A stretch of DNA of 63,085 nucleotides, the filler included, from Rhabdomonas costata (taxonomy: Eukaryota), in assembly GCA_019059605.1 (NCBI GenBank). It is 42 parts of 42 records of this genome, joined end to end, with 100 filler letters (N's around TTAATTAATTAA, not from the genome) between each part and the next. Parts side by side here need not be neighbours in the genome. Positions count along the whole stretch, not along the records: positions 10,546 to 11,914 come from JAHMHO010016873.1; positions 12,015 to 13,419 come from JAHMHO010016874.1; positions 13,520 to 14,925 come from JAHMHO010016875.1; positions 15,026 to 16,431 come from JAHMHO010016876.1; positions 16,532 to 17,933 come from JAHMHO010016877.1; positions 18,034 to 19,438 come from JAHMHO010016878.1; positions 19,539 to 20,946 come from JAHMHO010016879.1; positions 21,047 to 22,453 come from JAHMHO010016880.1; 34 more parts are not named here. One strand, written 5' to 3'. The notes beneath the pieces are model-generated. The model did not search any database. It worked only from the letters and a program-made list of their open reading frames with translations, and was not told where the DNA came from. Shown here in pieces: positions 11,102-24,074 of the stretch. The first letter of the stretch is position 1, and every line of letters begins with the position of its first letter. The translations under genes were made by a program, and so were the position numbers.

Positions 11102-11397
11102 CCAATGAGACGGGGTGTTCGTCTCTTGCATGCTGCAAGGAAGCAAGCGGCTTCTTTCCGAGCAGACTGTCCGCTCGTTGTGCTTCGGATCACGCACGAA
11201 AGAGGCTAACTGTTGTCCAAAGTTGTCCAAAGTTGTTAAAAGACGACCGGGGAGGAGGCACTTTCATTTTCCGCAGAGCCATTGGGGATCCCAATGAGAC
11301 GGGGTGTTCGTGATTGCATGCTGAAAGAAAGCAAGCGGCTTCTTTCCAAGCAGACTGTCCGTCCGATGTGCTTCGGATCACGCACGAAGAGGGCTAC
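11102..11397. repeat. Imperfect direct repeat of about 105 bp (11102..11208 and 11291..11397)
   Basis: ccaatgagacggggtgttcg...gcaagcggcttctttcc...tgcttcggatcacgcacgaa is present twice, 189 bp apart. Confidence 0.9.
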
Positions 11398-12014
11398 TGG
11401 TCTGTGCAGCGACCAAAACAAGCACACACGCAAAAAAAACCGGTATCGAAGAACGAAAGAGATACTGTAATGCCCGAAAGGCGGTGAGTAGAAGAAGAAT
11501 ACCAAACCCCCATCAAAGGGATACACGGACAGAAGGAGACAGAGGCCCCGCACCCGCACTCGCAGAAAAAGTGATGGGAAGCGAAAGAAAAACGAAGCAG
11601 CAACGAAGGGAAGAGATGGGAGCCAGGGTAGACGGGAGATATACCTGTGGGCACATACGCACACACACAACACACACACACACACGCTCAACCACGGGCT
11701 CCCGCGGGTGCCCCACCCCCACCGCACTTTCCCTTCCGAACGCCGCGGCTTCCCTCTTCGCTCCTTTTTTTTCTCAGCGGGAGGGAGCACAACTCTCTCA
11801 CTCCTCTCCTTGCTTTCATCTTTCACCTTGTGCTCAGCCAGCCCGGTTTAGCCGAGCGACCAGCAAAATCATCCCGGTGGCCACCAGCACTGTCCCCAAG
11901 TTTCCCCAAAACATNNNNNNNNNNNNNNNNNNNNNNNNNNNNNNNNNNNNNNNNNNNNTTAATTAATTAANNNNNNNNNNNNNNNNNNNNNNNNNNNNNN
12001 NNNNNNNNNNNNNN

Positions 12015-13068
12015 TTTGTGGTACGACGGACCCCCAGCGCGGCCTTCATCAGCTCCTGCTCTGCCTAAGTACCCCCCCATCCCCGTCCCCAACTCCGATC
12101 CCACCCAAAATACATACCGAACTCAAAAACCATTGTATGCTAAGGACTGCGGATTTGTTGCTGGGGTTTGGGAGGAGGAGGAGGGGGCACATTTTTAGTT
12201 ATTAGCGCAGGCCAGCGCTGTGGCACGGCCGTGTGGTGCAACGGAAGTTGGGGGGCAACGGTTCCCAATGGTAACAATCTTTTCTATGGAAACTTTAAAA
12301 AAGTGGGAAAAGGAACCCGAGGGTCACGACCCCGCCCAGCAGCCCGCTCCGGCTGCGGCTTGGACTGGCAATCATCCGGCCATATCTCAACCATTGGCGA
12401 GTCCTTTGCCAGCAGTACCTTTCAGCTGTTATGCAAAACAATCATCCAGGACCCCCTTACACAATACCAGTACAATAAAGTCAGGCTGAGAGTGCTGGCA
12501 TGTTTTATCTGAACGTTTGTAAGTTACTTTAGCAAAAGTATCAAACCAGTTTCTGTACCCAAAGGCTTCGGTTGCCATTGATATTCTTTTTTATCTTCTG
12601 GTGCAGACGTGATGTCAGACATAGGCAAGTTTACCTGGCAAAATTTTTAAACCAGTTTTCTGTACCACTGGTAATGGTTGCCACTCCCCACCCCCAACTT
12701 CCATTGGGCCAAAGGAGCAGGCGGCTGGGGCAGAAATGGGAACTGGGGGCCTTCAATTTTTTTCCAAAGCATGGTCCAATGGAAAAACTGTCACCACTGT
12801 TTACCGTTACCACTCCCCACCACCACACGCCCACTGCACCACAGCTTGCCACCCACCTCCCCGAAAAAAATCCATCGGGCCCTCAGCATCAATGTGTGAA
12901 GAAGTGGGGGGATAGTTGTGAGCGACCCCAACACACCCGTTGCAGGGCTGCCAGCTCAGCGCGGCGCACGTCGTCCCCGGGGGCGTCTGTGGCAGTTGGG
13001 ATTCGGGAAGGCTTGGCCTTGCTGTACCACAAGTCCTCGCACATCTGCGACCGACCTAGGTAGTACTC
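12015..13068 (-). CDS. Hypothetical multi-exon protein
   Basis: Exon cag|EYYLGRSQMCEDLWYSK...AELAALQR|gtgtgt and a phase-compatible downstream exon tag|AEQELMKAALGVRRT. No family recognised. Confidence 0.35.
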
Positions 13069-13935
13069 CTGCGAGCACAAGCCAAATGCAAAAGTAAAAA
13101 CAACGACCACAGAGGCAGGAGGATCAATGGGGACTCACAATGGAGTGGCAGGCTGCCGAGCCCGGATTTCTGAAAAGACTACAGTCAGGCCGGACACACA
13201 AACCATCAGTAACCACAGGAACAGGGCAACCGGTTTTTTTTGCCTCCTTAGCGAGCAGGATATGCCGGAGAGATGAGCTTTGCTCCGCTCCGCTTAAGAC
13301 CAATAACTTCATCTTGGGCCACGTGCATCTGCAAGCACCTCCCCACCTAACCCATTACGCTCCGCGGCCCAAGACAACATGGACAACATCAAATTATTTC
13401 CTACCCTACCCCCCCCCACNNNNNNNNNNNNNNNNNNNNNNNNNNNNNNNNNNNNNNNNNNNNTTAATTAATTAANNNNNNNNNNNNNNNNNNNNNNNNN
13501 NNNNNNNNNNNNNNNNNNNGGGGGTTGGGAGGTCACCAGATTTGGAAAGGTTGGCGGTGAGCCGGTTTCTGTTCCCCGCGGCACCGTTCGCTCCACCCGT
13601 GGCCAACAGCGCGTGCGCCAGTCAGTCCAGAGTGGTAACTAACAACCAAGCAACGAGTCAACCAGGCAACAACCAGCGCGCAATGCGCCCAACACACACA
13701 CTACACACCAAATAGGTGTTATGGCACATCCTACGGCGTGGTGACGGGCAACAGGCTTATGCCTTGGATGCTGGAAGTCCTTGCCAAGTTGTTGCATCCC
13801 CAAATGCAGCAGCGCTCCGCCACAAAGCACTGTGAGGACTCGAACCGCTACAGGTGGTCGTCCAGAAATTTTTCGCGTACTGAGAAGTCCCTTCCAGGGC
13901 TGGTCCGGTTGTTGCAACCAAAAAAACTGACATAG

Positions 13936-14429
13936 GCGGACCGCCGCGAGCAGACCTCGAAGTGGCCCGCGGGACTGCCCCCATACTGCCACTTTGTGCT
14001 GCTGAAGGCGAACTACGACTCCCTTTCCGCGCTGGGCGTGCTGGCCCGTGCTGCCCGCGTCCCTCTGAAGTGGTGTGCGCTGCTGCACACGAACTCTGTG
14101 GATGGTGGGTTGCTGGGATTTTTAGCTGGTTTACACAAGTGTGACTTGCTTGACTTCATTCCGCGAGGATGAGCAGGGCGAAGGGGGGCTCTCGGATTTT
14201 GTTTCGCATGCCCCCGGCAAGATGAAAGTCAAGGTTTTGCAAGGCTTTGGTCCAGGGATTTCGACTTTGCACACATTTGGGACGGGTTTTTCCCTGACGT
14301 ATTTCGTTTTCCTCCACGTGATACTACTATTTGTAGGATTCTCGTTGAGAAAAGCACAACCTCAATGCAGTGGCTCAAGCTATTTTTCTTTTTTCAGGCT
14401 CAACATTGCCGGCACGAAGGACAAGCGAG
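13936..14429 (+). CDS. PUS7: Pseudouridine synthase PUS7/TruD family, two exons
   Basis: Exons 13936..14072 and 14398..14429, phase 2. Spliced: KWPAGLPPYCHFVLLKANYDSLSALGVLARAARVPLKWLNIAGTKDKR, which includes the catalytic GTKD motif. The ORF track does not show it as one product. Confidence 0.9.
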
Positions 14430-16619
14430 GTGCGAGCTCGCGGATGTGCGGTGTTGGTGTCATTCTTCGCCTCCTCGTGTAGAGTTCTTGTGCGTCCATG
14501 CTTGTGTAAGTTGGTAATACTGTTCCTGAGCGAGCTGTGTCGATGCCGTGCCAGTTTCCTTGGGTGATGGGGCGGGGATGGATTCAGGAATCACGTGCCA
14601 GCGGGTTTCCGCGCAGAAGGTGCGGGCCGAGTTGCTCGCTCAGACCGCACTCCCCGCAACCCTCCACGTTGGGAATTTCTCCTATCAGGTTCGCTGGCAC
14701 GTGCTCACTCCTCCATAAGGATGAAGGCTTTAATTTGCACTTCGCACTACTTTCGGAAGGGGGGTGACGAGAGCGAGCCTACCAACCAAAACATTGGGCT
14801 TATGGGCGCGGGGCGAAATACGCAGAGCGTTCATTTTTGTAAATCTTGTGTTTACCTTATAATATCATATCTTACTTCCGACACCCCCCAACCTCCCCGA
14901 CTCCCCAACCTCCCCGACGGGAAAANNNNNNNNNNNNNNNNNNNNNNNNNNNNNNNNNNNNNNNNNNNNTTAATTAATTAANNNNNNNNNNNNNNNNNNN
15001 NNNNNNNNNNNNNNNNNNNNNNNNNTTTGTGTAATAAATAATTTGTGTGCATATTAATTCTTCAACTGTTTCTCAGAAATTATTGAGAGAACTAAGAACT
15101 ATTTTAACAAATAAATGCGTCGGAAACGGGTTTTTACTGTACAAGTATTCAACATAGTTCTATTTATACCGAATAATGATCATCAAAATGAGTCACCATT
15201 ACTGACGTCATTAAAATATCAAAACTGAACCACAGAGAGATGATAATATTACAAACAAATGCTGTATAGACGTAACATTTTTCGCGTATTGTTAATTAAC
15301 AATTAAGTCACAAAAATTATTTATTACTAGAAACATCATAATCACCAACTTTATTAACAGAAAACTCGAGTTTAAATTGAACACAGTGTTCACTTGTATA
15401 ATAGACGTCACCCAATTTGTAGTTTTCAATGTACATTATAACGTGCGCTAAACTGTGGACGTTTGGGCATTTTTTAAAATAATAATCAACACCACATGGG
15501 TCAGATTCACTGAAAATGAACCAGAACCACAGACTCTGGCCACACGGCATGCAGATGCATTAGTGGCTTCATCTTCACGGTAATGATGGCAGAACTCCAT
15601 GCCTAATGAAACTATATCATACATAAAACTCCAGCTTAGACCATCACGTTTTCATCCACATTCAGCTGAACCGGCACTTTACTTCATTACAGATGTCTAA
15701 CCTCTGCATCATATCCACAACTCATATCCTCTTCCTTTTCAATTTCATATCACCTAATATACACAAGTCATGTAATTAGTCACAGTTATTTAACCAAAAA
15801 ACGTTATTCCGAGCCGATTTATCTTCTTTAATATAACACAAACGTAACGTATGAAAATATTTTACATCCTTATCGAAATTTGAAATGTTTGTGGGACACA
15901 TGAATGTTTTTCACAAAACACAAGATAGACGGCACATCTCGTTTGATTTGTACATAATTTCTTCTTGGTAGCGTTTGAGCGCGCAAAGCTCTTAAAAACT
16001 TTATGGCAATCCATAACGCCTCACACCACTAGTGTCCAAGCACGAGTTAGTACACATTTTAACAAGCATGCGTAATATACCGGAAACTTACTTCTCGATC
16101 GTAAAATAGCTGAAATGAGACAATACACGTGGCTATGGAAAGACATTTGCACATACTTAAAAGCTCCAGTTTTACATCAACACTTGACCATTGTGAGAGG
16201 TAATGACTCGATAAACCTGTACACAATCTCCTCTTAACAACTACATAATCTAGTCTTTACAACTTGTTTCACATGAAAATATTTTATTGGTCAGATATTC
16301 CAGCAGAAACAAAGATTCTGAAATAAAACCAATCTTTTTTCTTCCAAATTTTGATTTCATCAAACCAAAGTTCATGCCTTCCAAAAATTCAAGGCATACA
16401 ACTAAAATGCCACTAAATGGCACTTTATTTTNNNNNNNNNNNNNNNNNNNNNNNNNNNNNNNNNNNNNNNNNNNNTTAATTAATTAANNNNNNNNNNNNN
16501 NNNNNNNNNNNNNNNNNNNNNNNNNNNNNNNGACTGCGTTCCCGTCTGATCTTTGCCTCTGTGTATGATGGGCGGGGCCTACAGGATCCGAAGGAGCGTC
16601 CCCCATGGGGTCCTCCTAC

Positions 16620-17920
16620 TGATCTGTGGTGGGTTCATCGATTTCCACTTCATCCGAATACTGATGAAAGGGAAGCCACCGGACCTCGCCGCCTTTTACC
16701 ACCCCATCCGCTTGGTGTCGATGGCCTGCAAACTGCAAGGTCATAATGAAGGTCCTCCTCGGACGCCCATGGTCGAGGACACGGTGCGTGAGTATCAACA
16801 CGGATTCAGGAGCAATCGGAGCACTACAGATGCGATATTTACGTGCCGTATCCTCCGTGAAAATTTCCGGCTGAAAAGGGATGGCCTGCTGCACCATGTT
16901 TCATAAAACTGACGCAGGCTTTACGCTGCGAATCAGTGGCACTTCGGAGGATCTCATATCCTTCATCCGAGTCCTCTATGACACAGCGGAAGTTCGGGTA
17001 CGCACTACAACTTCGGAGGCACACCGGGGGTCCTTTAAACCTACAGCATGTGTCCGCCAGGAATGTGTCCTTTCGCCGACGTTGTTCATCTTCATGTCTG
17101 AATACGTCATCAGGATGGCGATGCGGGGAGTTGCAGACTGGCCCGACCGGACGCACTGGCCAGCCCTCGGAGGGTCCCTCCTGGCCCTTCTGGGCTACGC
17201 AGATGACATAGCACTCATATCACGGAACATGCCGGCTCTCGCGCGCGCATGGTACAGTTCGAAGACACCTGCACCAGAGCTGGCCTTAACCTCAGCACGA
17301 AGACCAAGCTCATCCACATGCCCGCCGACACAACCCCAAGCCACTCCGGGCTGCAGCTTGGTGCCCTTTATATCGAAGACGTCGCCTCCTTCACGTACTT
17401 AGGCAGTAGTGTGAACACCGACCAGGACATAACACAATCCGTCAGGGACCGTGTGGCACTTTTGCACACGATCTGGGACTCCGCGAAACTTTGGACCCGG
17501 CTCAAAGCAATGATGTACCACTCAATCGTCCGACCCATTGCCTTGTATGGGGCCGAGACCTGGACGCTGCTCCCCGCCCACGAGCAGATACTTGATGTGG
17601 CGGACATGCGATGGATCCGGAGGCTGGTGCATGTTTCGCGTCGTTAGGAGATACCAAATACCGAAGTCCCCCAGTGCATCGTCCCACTTAGCGAAGCCTG
17701 CCGGCAGGCTCGCCTCAGATACTACGGTCATCTCAGCCGACAACCGGCCATACGGGCACCGACAGTCGCGCTGCAGAAAGCCGCCCCAGGCACAGACCTT
17801 CCGGGACGTCCCCGCCTGCAATGGACGCAGCTACTGGCGGCGGATGCGGCCACTCGCGGGCTGTCCTTGCAGGACCTACGCCGCCTGGCCCCGGACCGTG
17901 AACAGTATCGCCAGCACGTA
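16620..17920 (+). mobile_element. Degenerate non-LTR retrotransposon, RTE-like RT and C-terminus
   Basis: EYQHGFRSNRSTTDAIF, VRQECVLSPTLF, LGYADDIAL, FTYLGS and IVRPIALYGAETWTL motifs spread over several frames. Confidence 0.92.
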
Positions 17921-18226
17921 GTCAACACACCACNNNNNNNNNNNNNNNNNNNNNNNNNNNNNNNNNNNNNNNNNNNNTTAATTAATTAANNNNNNNNNNN
18001 NNNNNNNNNNNNNNNNNNNNNNNNNNNNNNNNNTGTTGTTTGTGCTACTTTTAGCTGACCAAATGAAGTAATGCAGCGGAAACCGTAATGTTGGTGAATA
18101 TGAAGAAAGAAATGAAGTTGACGCCCGTGCTGAGGACACGGGCAGAAGTCGTATTGAAGTGGGAGAGGTGGGGTAAAAATGCAGACTTGTTGCGATGCTT
18201 CTTTGCGACCAATGGTGACTTGGTAG

Positions 18227-18994
18227 CCCCTCCAGCAGCCGCAGCCTCAGGGGGAGCAGGCAGGGCTGCAGCTCAGCCTGGCCAGCAGGATGCTGGAGAA
18301 GCTCTTCTCGGAGGGCAAGTTGCTGACTTCGGAGGCGGTGTGGCTGTGCAAGGATATCTACGTCGCTCAAAACCGGCCAGAGAAGGTGTGTCTACTCGAG
18401 AACGGCAACGTGCAACAGGGACCCGTGTGCACTTCTTGCGGAGCGTACGGGCTTTCCCTTCTACGGGACCTCGCTCGGCAGCCGGCTCAGTTCATTTTGA
18501 CTATTTTTTAAGATGTGCTTGTTGGGTTTGTTGGTCCAGACAATTTCTTTTGGATGAATATAGTTTGAAAAATGGGTGTGAAGTACTGAAATGGCGTCTT
18601 CGGTTAGGCTGTGGAGCTGCTGCTGAGCTCTGGTGCGGCCAAGGCCCTCCCGCTGCCCGGCCAGAGGCTGGCGCTGTGCCTGCCCCTGCTGCAGGCTCAA
18701 CGGAGGTTCGCAGAGCTGGGCGGGCTGGCCCGGCACCTGCTGGAGGTCCATGATCCCGACCACTGGGACTACTGGACTGCCTACCTACTAGCCCTGCGCC
18801 ACCGCCTGGGCCTGACGAAGGCTCCAGCGGACCGGGCGGGTGAGGACAATGGGGACAGAAAGGGTGCGGCTGACGAGGCAGGGCCGGTGGTGCTTACCGT
18901 GGGGAGCGCGAAGGGGCCTCAGCGGCTGGAGCTGCCAATGGAACAGGATCTCATCGCAGCAGTGGAGTTTGCTTCGGGCCTGGCGCGCAGGGAG
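18227..18994 (+). CDS. NAA25: NatB auxiliary subunit NAA25/Mdm20-like, two exons
   Basis: Exons 18227..18385 and 18608..18994, phase 0. LSLASRMLEKLFSEGKL...E|AVELL...LARHLLEVHDPDHWDYWTAYL resembles the NAA25 LAERMVEK...DDWQFY region. Confidence 0.7.
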
Positions 18995-19551
18995 GTACAT
19001 TCCACGACCACACCAGCCCGCTCCCCGCCTTTCTCTTTTTTTTTCGCTGTAAGATATCCGTTCATCTTTCGCTGTTAATGTCACTGGTGTCTCGATTGGC
19101 TCAGGGTCTTTCAACAGGCGATCTTTTGAAGTGCCGTGCTGAAGTTCTCTCTCTGCAACCCAATTGCCCGGGTACATCCTTCTTTTCTCAAAGCTCGGCT
19201 CTTGGCTCTTATCTGCACAAACAATGCAGACATTCACACTTCACATACACACTTGCAATACATTCCTATCTTCCGGGCAAGTCACCCCACCAGCAGTACC
19301 CTCAGATAACTTCAGCGAGGACGTAGGACGCAGCTTCACCTTTCTTGCCCTGTCCCACCAAGAAGTCCAGCAGTCGGTTTGGAGGAAAGAGAATACTTTT
19401 GCACTGCCCTCACCTCTCCCCCAAACTCGCCTAACACANNNNNNNNNNNNNNNNNNNNNNNNNNNNNNNNNNNNNNNNNNNNTTAATTAATTAANNNNNN
19501 NNNNNNNNNNNNNNNNNNNNNNNNNNNNNNNNNNNNNNTGTTGTGAGACTC

Positions 19552-19650
19552 TTTCTTTTCTTTTCTTTTCTTTTCTTTTCTTTTCTTTTCTTTTCTTTTC
19601 TTTTCTTTTCTTTTCTTTACTTTTCTTTTCTTTTCTTTTCTTTTCTTTTC
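19552..19650. repeat. (TTTTC)n microsatellite forming the polypyrimidine tract of an acceptor
   Basis: About 20 copies directly upstream of tgtcctcag|G at 19659/19660. Confidence 0.95.
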
Positions 19651-19659
19651 TGTCCTCAG

Positions 19660-20841
19660 GCTCGTGAATTCTCCATCCTTTGTGCTCCCGATGACGATGA
19701 ATGTTCCATGGGGTTCGATGAGACTGCTACTTGGTGTTCCTTTTCGTGTCCAAACGAGCAGTTCACCTTTCCGGCGTTTGTGGACACGTACCTCCAGGAA
19801 GAAGTACTATCCCAGCGGAAGGTCGTGAAATGGCTCAGCTGTCCTTCTGAGACGATTTCGGAAAGGTTTTGGGAGGTTTGTTTTGTCTTTGTTGCTTTTG
19901 GAAACAAGCTTCTGGTAACATATGTGGCGCTGCCGCTTGACACGGAATTTCACTATAGTAAATTTGTACATTTGAACATTTTGTAATCGTTTTTTTTCAT
20001 CTGGCTCGACGTTTCGTGAAGAACATTTCGGGACTTGAATGAAAGTGGTACCGCCTCTTGATCCCGTGAGTGGTTCAAGACTTTATAGAATTATAATTTC
20101 TTCCCAAATTGCGATTGGGTGCAAATTGCGTCTCAGGCACGTCACTTTCAGCTACTGTGAGCCTCTGAACACCATGCAACGGGAAATACTTTCACCCCGC
20201 AAGTATATTGCAACCTGTGGTGTTTTTTATGGGAACAGGGCGGCCTTGCAGTTGGACTTCCTCCACAGAGTGAGGACTACTCACTGTTCTGTGAGAACCA
20301 CCTGCTGGTGCAGAAGATTTTCGATCTGAAGACCTCTTTTGATAAAGTCGGCCGAGGTGTGGCCGTCAAGTTGCTGTTGTATGCGCCTTGGACTTCGCAG
20401 CAAGAAAACAGCGCAACGCGGAAGAACCATGTTATTATGAGATAATGGGAACGGTGCAATTTCTTCCTGACTCGTCGACGCTCTCCCTCTCCCCCTCTCC
20501 CAGATGACTTTGTGGACCGCCGCAATGCTGTGAACCCCTTCGAGCGCCTTGGGCGGGATCGAGTGTTCCAGCTCAAGGGAGCGATTAAAATGGCCAACCT
20601 GGATTACTTGCTGCAGCTCACTACCGCCCTGTTGTGCCGCGCGGGCCTCACCACCCCCACCGTGGGCGCTGGAGAGCAGGCAGCTGGGTTGACGGAAAAT
20701 TCCGGGCAAAGGCCCCTGGTCGTGGTTGACCTTTGTGCGGGCCCAGGGGGGTTCAGCGAGTACTTCATGTGGCGCCTAAGGACTAACCAAGAGCATCGCG
20801 AAGCCGCCCAGCGAGCAGTGGGTGAGGACGAGTACACTGAG
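19660..20841 (+). CDS. CMTR1: Cap-specific mRNA 2'-O-methyltransferase 1 (FtsJ-like), three exons
   Basis: Phase-consistent exons 19660..19875, 20239..20356 and 20504..20841. FCENHLLVQKIFDLKTSFD...NPFE...AIKMANLD...DLCAGPGGFSEYFMWR. Confidence 0.9.
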
Positions 20842-21197
20842 GTTCGACCTGAACGTCTTGTTTTGCTCTTATTTGGGTGTTAGGGCTCATACGGAGAGAT
20901 ATGCGCTCCAGTGAGACAGACCCTTAAAATGGGGGCAAAACAAAACNNNNNNNNNNNNNNNNNNNNNNNNNNNNNNNNNNNNNNNNNNNNTTAATTAATT
21001 AANNNNNNNNNNNNNNNNNNNNNNNNNNNNNNNNNNNNNNNNNNNNTGGGTTGTGGGAAACTTTTTATGACGTGTGGGGGGACTCCTATGGTTTTGCTCG
21101 CTCGCGGGTCCCTCCCCGACTCGCGCACTTGTAGATGCCCTGATAGGGCGAGGGCAACTAGAGGGTTGGTGGGGTGCAAGCATTGACTTGGGAATTG

Positions 21198-21262
21198 ACT
21201 GGGAATTGAACCCAAATGTTTCGCACCAAGACAAGGGTGCGGAACCACTTGAGCGTTGAGGG
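21198..21262 (-). pseudogene. tRNA-derived sequence (tRNA pseudogene or SINE head)
   Basis: The minus strand has an A-box-like GCTCAAGTGG and a B-box GGTTCAATTCC with T-stem tggg/ccca at tRNA-like spacing. No proper acceptor stem; followed by a tandem tcaattccca duplication. Confidence 0.4.
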
Positions 21263-23726
21263 TATCGTTCAGCGGTCACAACACCTGTGTCATATGAACT
21301 CGGGGAGGAAACCCGACATATATATCCCATAGCCAGGTATATGACAAAGAAAACGCCTAGCTGAGCGGAATGCTGACACTACGTTGAAATTGGCACCATA
21401 GGTTTGATTCCCACATAGGGTGAGGATACAAAGAGGGACGGAAGAAGAGTCGAAAGGAAAGAACGAGGATGAGGAGACGAAGAGAAGAATACATATACCC
21501 CCCGTGGGAGGGCTCCCCGCCATGGGGAAAAGTGGGATTTTTTTTTTTACGTTTGGACTGTGACCTAAAAAAAAAAGACAAGACAAAAACTCGTTACTCT
21601 CTTAACCTCTCAGGTTTCGACAGCAAGAATAGAAGAAAGACAGCAGAAGACCCGCTGACACAACTTCCAGTCCCATCACGTCAATTCAAAGAAAGCAAAT
21701 TCAAAGAGAGAACGAAAACGTGCAATGCAAACACAAATTAGGAGGCAAGGGGCCCGAAACGATGAGCTTCCGTGATGGCCACCACCAAAGACCAGAAGAT
21801 GATGACCTCCGACGTCCATCTGCTTCAAAGACCTGAACCAAGCAAACATTTCCGCAATTTCCCCAACATGGACCGCCACTGATACATCATATGGCTGCCA
21901 TCCCAATGCCGGATGTTGTAAGCTGGAAACACAACCATACCTCAGCGAACCCAACGAGCGTAAACTTCTCAAACTAATTCAGCCATTACACAATAAAAGG
22001 TACCAAACAGCAACCCTTCACTTTTGTGCCACGGCTGTCCAATCGGCAGCCCTCAAATATATTACATACTAAAAGCCCGGTTCTCAATTTTCACCCCTCC
22101 CCCTCCCAAACCTGCTTGAAAACGCACATATACATAAAAACTGAAGCTGTATTATTGCAGAACGTTGCTTACCAATGGAACAATTCAACAAAGGCAAATG
22201 TAAACACCCCCAAACATCACCCCCAAACAAACTGACCCACCAAAAACACAAACTTAAAGCGCAAATGTTTCCTCCGTGCACTCCTCGTCTCCCAGTCAAC
22301 AGCTCAGGAGGCACAACAGAAATTTCATGACAAACAGTTCCAATCAGCAACCGTGCAAATAGTTCCAAAAGAGTAAGACGGAAAACCCAAACAATGCGTA
22401 ATACTGCACACGCAAAATACCGACGTGCAAACCAGACTACTACCACCAAAACCNNNNNNNNNNNNNNNNNNNNNNNNNNNNNNNNNNNNNNNNNNNNTTA
22501 ATTAATTAANNNNNNNNNNNNNNNNNNNNNNNNNNNNNNNNNNNNNNNNNNNNTTGTCAGCCTCTCATAGTCTGGCGCTCGCATAGTTCGTGGTGAAGGC
22601 TTCGGCTGTGTGTAAGGTGACCGTACGCAGTGGGCTAAGGCTTCATACGTTAGGAGTTGGAAGGTAAGACATACGCGTAGAACACCGTACGGATGCACTG
22701 TTGGAGAGGTAAGGGTATGCATACTCCCACTCCGGCTAACTCTCGGTGGTCGCATGGACTGCAACCCACCCTCCCTGTGCTGACCGTACCCTGCATCAGG
22801 AGGAGAGGTGACAGAGGCAAAGTACGCACTGCACCCTCCGATGATGGTAGGAAGGGTGTAGGGGTGGGTGAGGGAGAGGGCCCCGCAGGGACACGCCGAT
22901 CCCAAGCTGAGTCACCCTACACAGCGTCAGCAAGAGGGCCCCATATGTTGGGATGTTCCCTGCGCTGCCTTCCACCACCTTGATGGATGGGTACAGTGGG
23001 GCTGAGTGAGGAAGCGAGAGGGTACGAAGGCCGTTTCAGTTACTCCTTCTACGCACGGGCCTCGATGCCTCGACCCATGCTCCGATGCCAAGGGGGTATC
23101 TGAGGGGCTAAGGTAGGGGTGTCCTCGGGTGCTGTTCGCCCGTAGGCCTGGAGGGGGCCGGCCGGCGGCAGGGCGCCACACCCGAGGGGTTTTGGTTGCA
23201 GAGATGGTGCGCTGGAGAGGTGTTGTATTGGGGAGATGTTGCGCCTCGAGGAAGGCAGAGCAGAGATGTGAGCACCGAGCATTGCACAGATGTACACATC
23301 GGAGAAAAAAAGCAGCGAAGGTGCTTTTTCACATCCTTGCAAAAACAACGGAAATGGTTGGCTTCTCAACCGAGTGTCGTGTGTCGTAACTGTGCGTTCA
23401 GGTGAACGGGTGCATTCACCTGCGAATTCAGCGAGTACCAGCAGGACGTGTCTGACCCCCCCTCCTCTGCATGTCCGTTTCTTGCTGTGCACCGTCCGTA
23501 ATCGCGTTAGACACCAAGATGCTCTAACACAACAACAAAAATAGTCCTCCCAGCTGCCACAATTGCCGTGAAGAAGCCGCACCAAAAGAGCAGTAACAAG
23601 TACCTAGGGAACGGGGTTGACGGATTTACCAAGTTATTTTTTCTGGTTGGTCAGGGGATCGTTGGCGTTCGCGTTCTGCCCTAACCTGGAGGTTTTCATT
23701 TACTCCCTCCAGAGCCTTTTTCTGCC

Positions 23727-23957
23727 ATGTCGAAGACGCAGTGGGTTTGCTACATTGAGGATGCGCCAGAGGACAGCACGGCGAGTCTAATCTTTCAGCG
23801 ATTTGCAGACGTGTATCAAATTTCGCCGCTCACGGTTGAGCCACAGGGGCCGGGCCGTTTTCGAGCCCGCCTTCCCGACCATGCTGCCTACCTTGAGTGC
23901 TGCGCTGCCGTCGAGGAGAATCCAAAGCTCAGAATTATTCGTGGAAAACCCCCCAAC
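23727..23957 (+). CDS. N-terminus of an unknown protein, possibly RRM-like fold
   Basis: gccATG after a pyrimidine tract and AG; open reading frame MSKTQWVCYIEDAP... runs to the contig end. Confidence 0.5.
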
Positions 23958-24074
23958 NNNNNNNNNNNNNNNNNNNNNNNNNNNNNNNNNNNNNNNNNNN
24001 NTTAATTAATTAANNNNNNNNNNNNNNNNNNNNNNNNNNNNNNNNNNNNNNNNNNNNCTTTTGCCTAGGCGCAC

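Noticed and set aside
22554..23200. Possible LTR/DIRS relic or ribozyme-bearing UTR
   Set aside because: No diagnostic protein motif, terminal repeat or ribozyme core could be identified.
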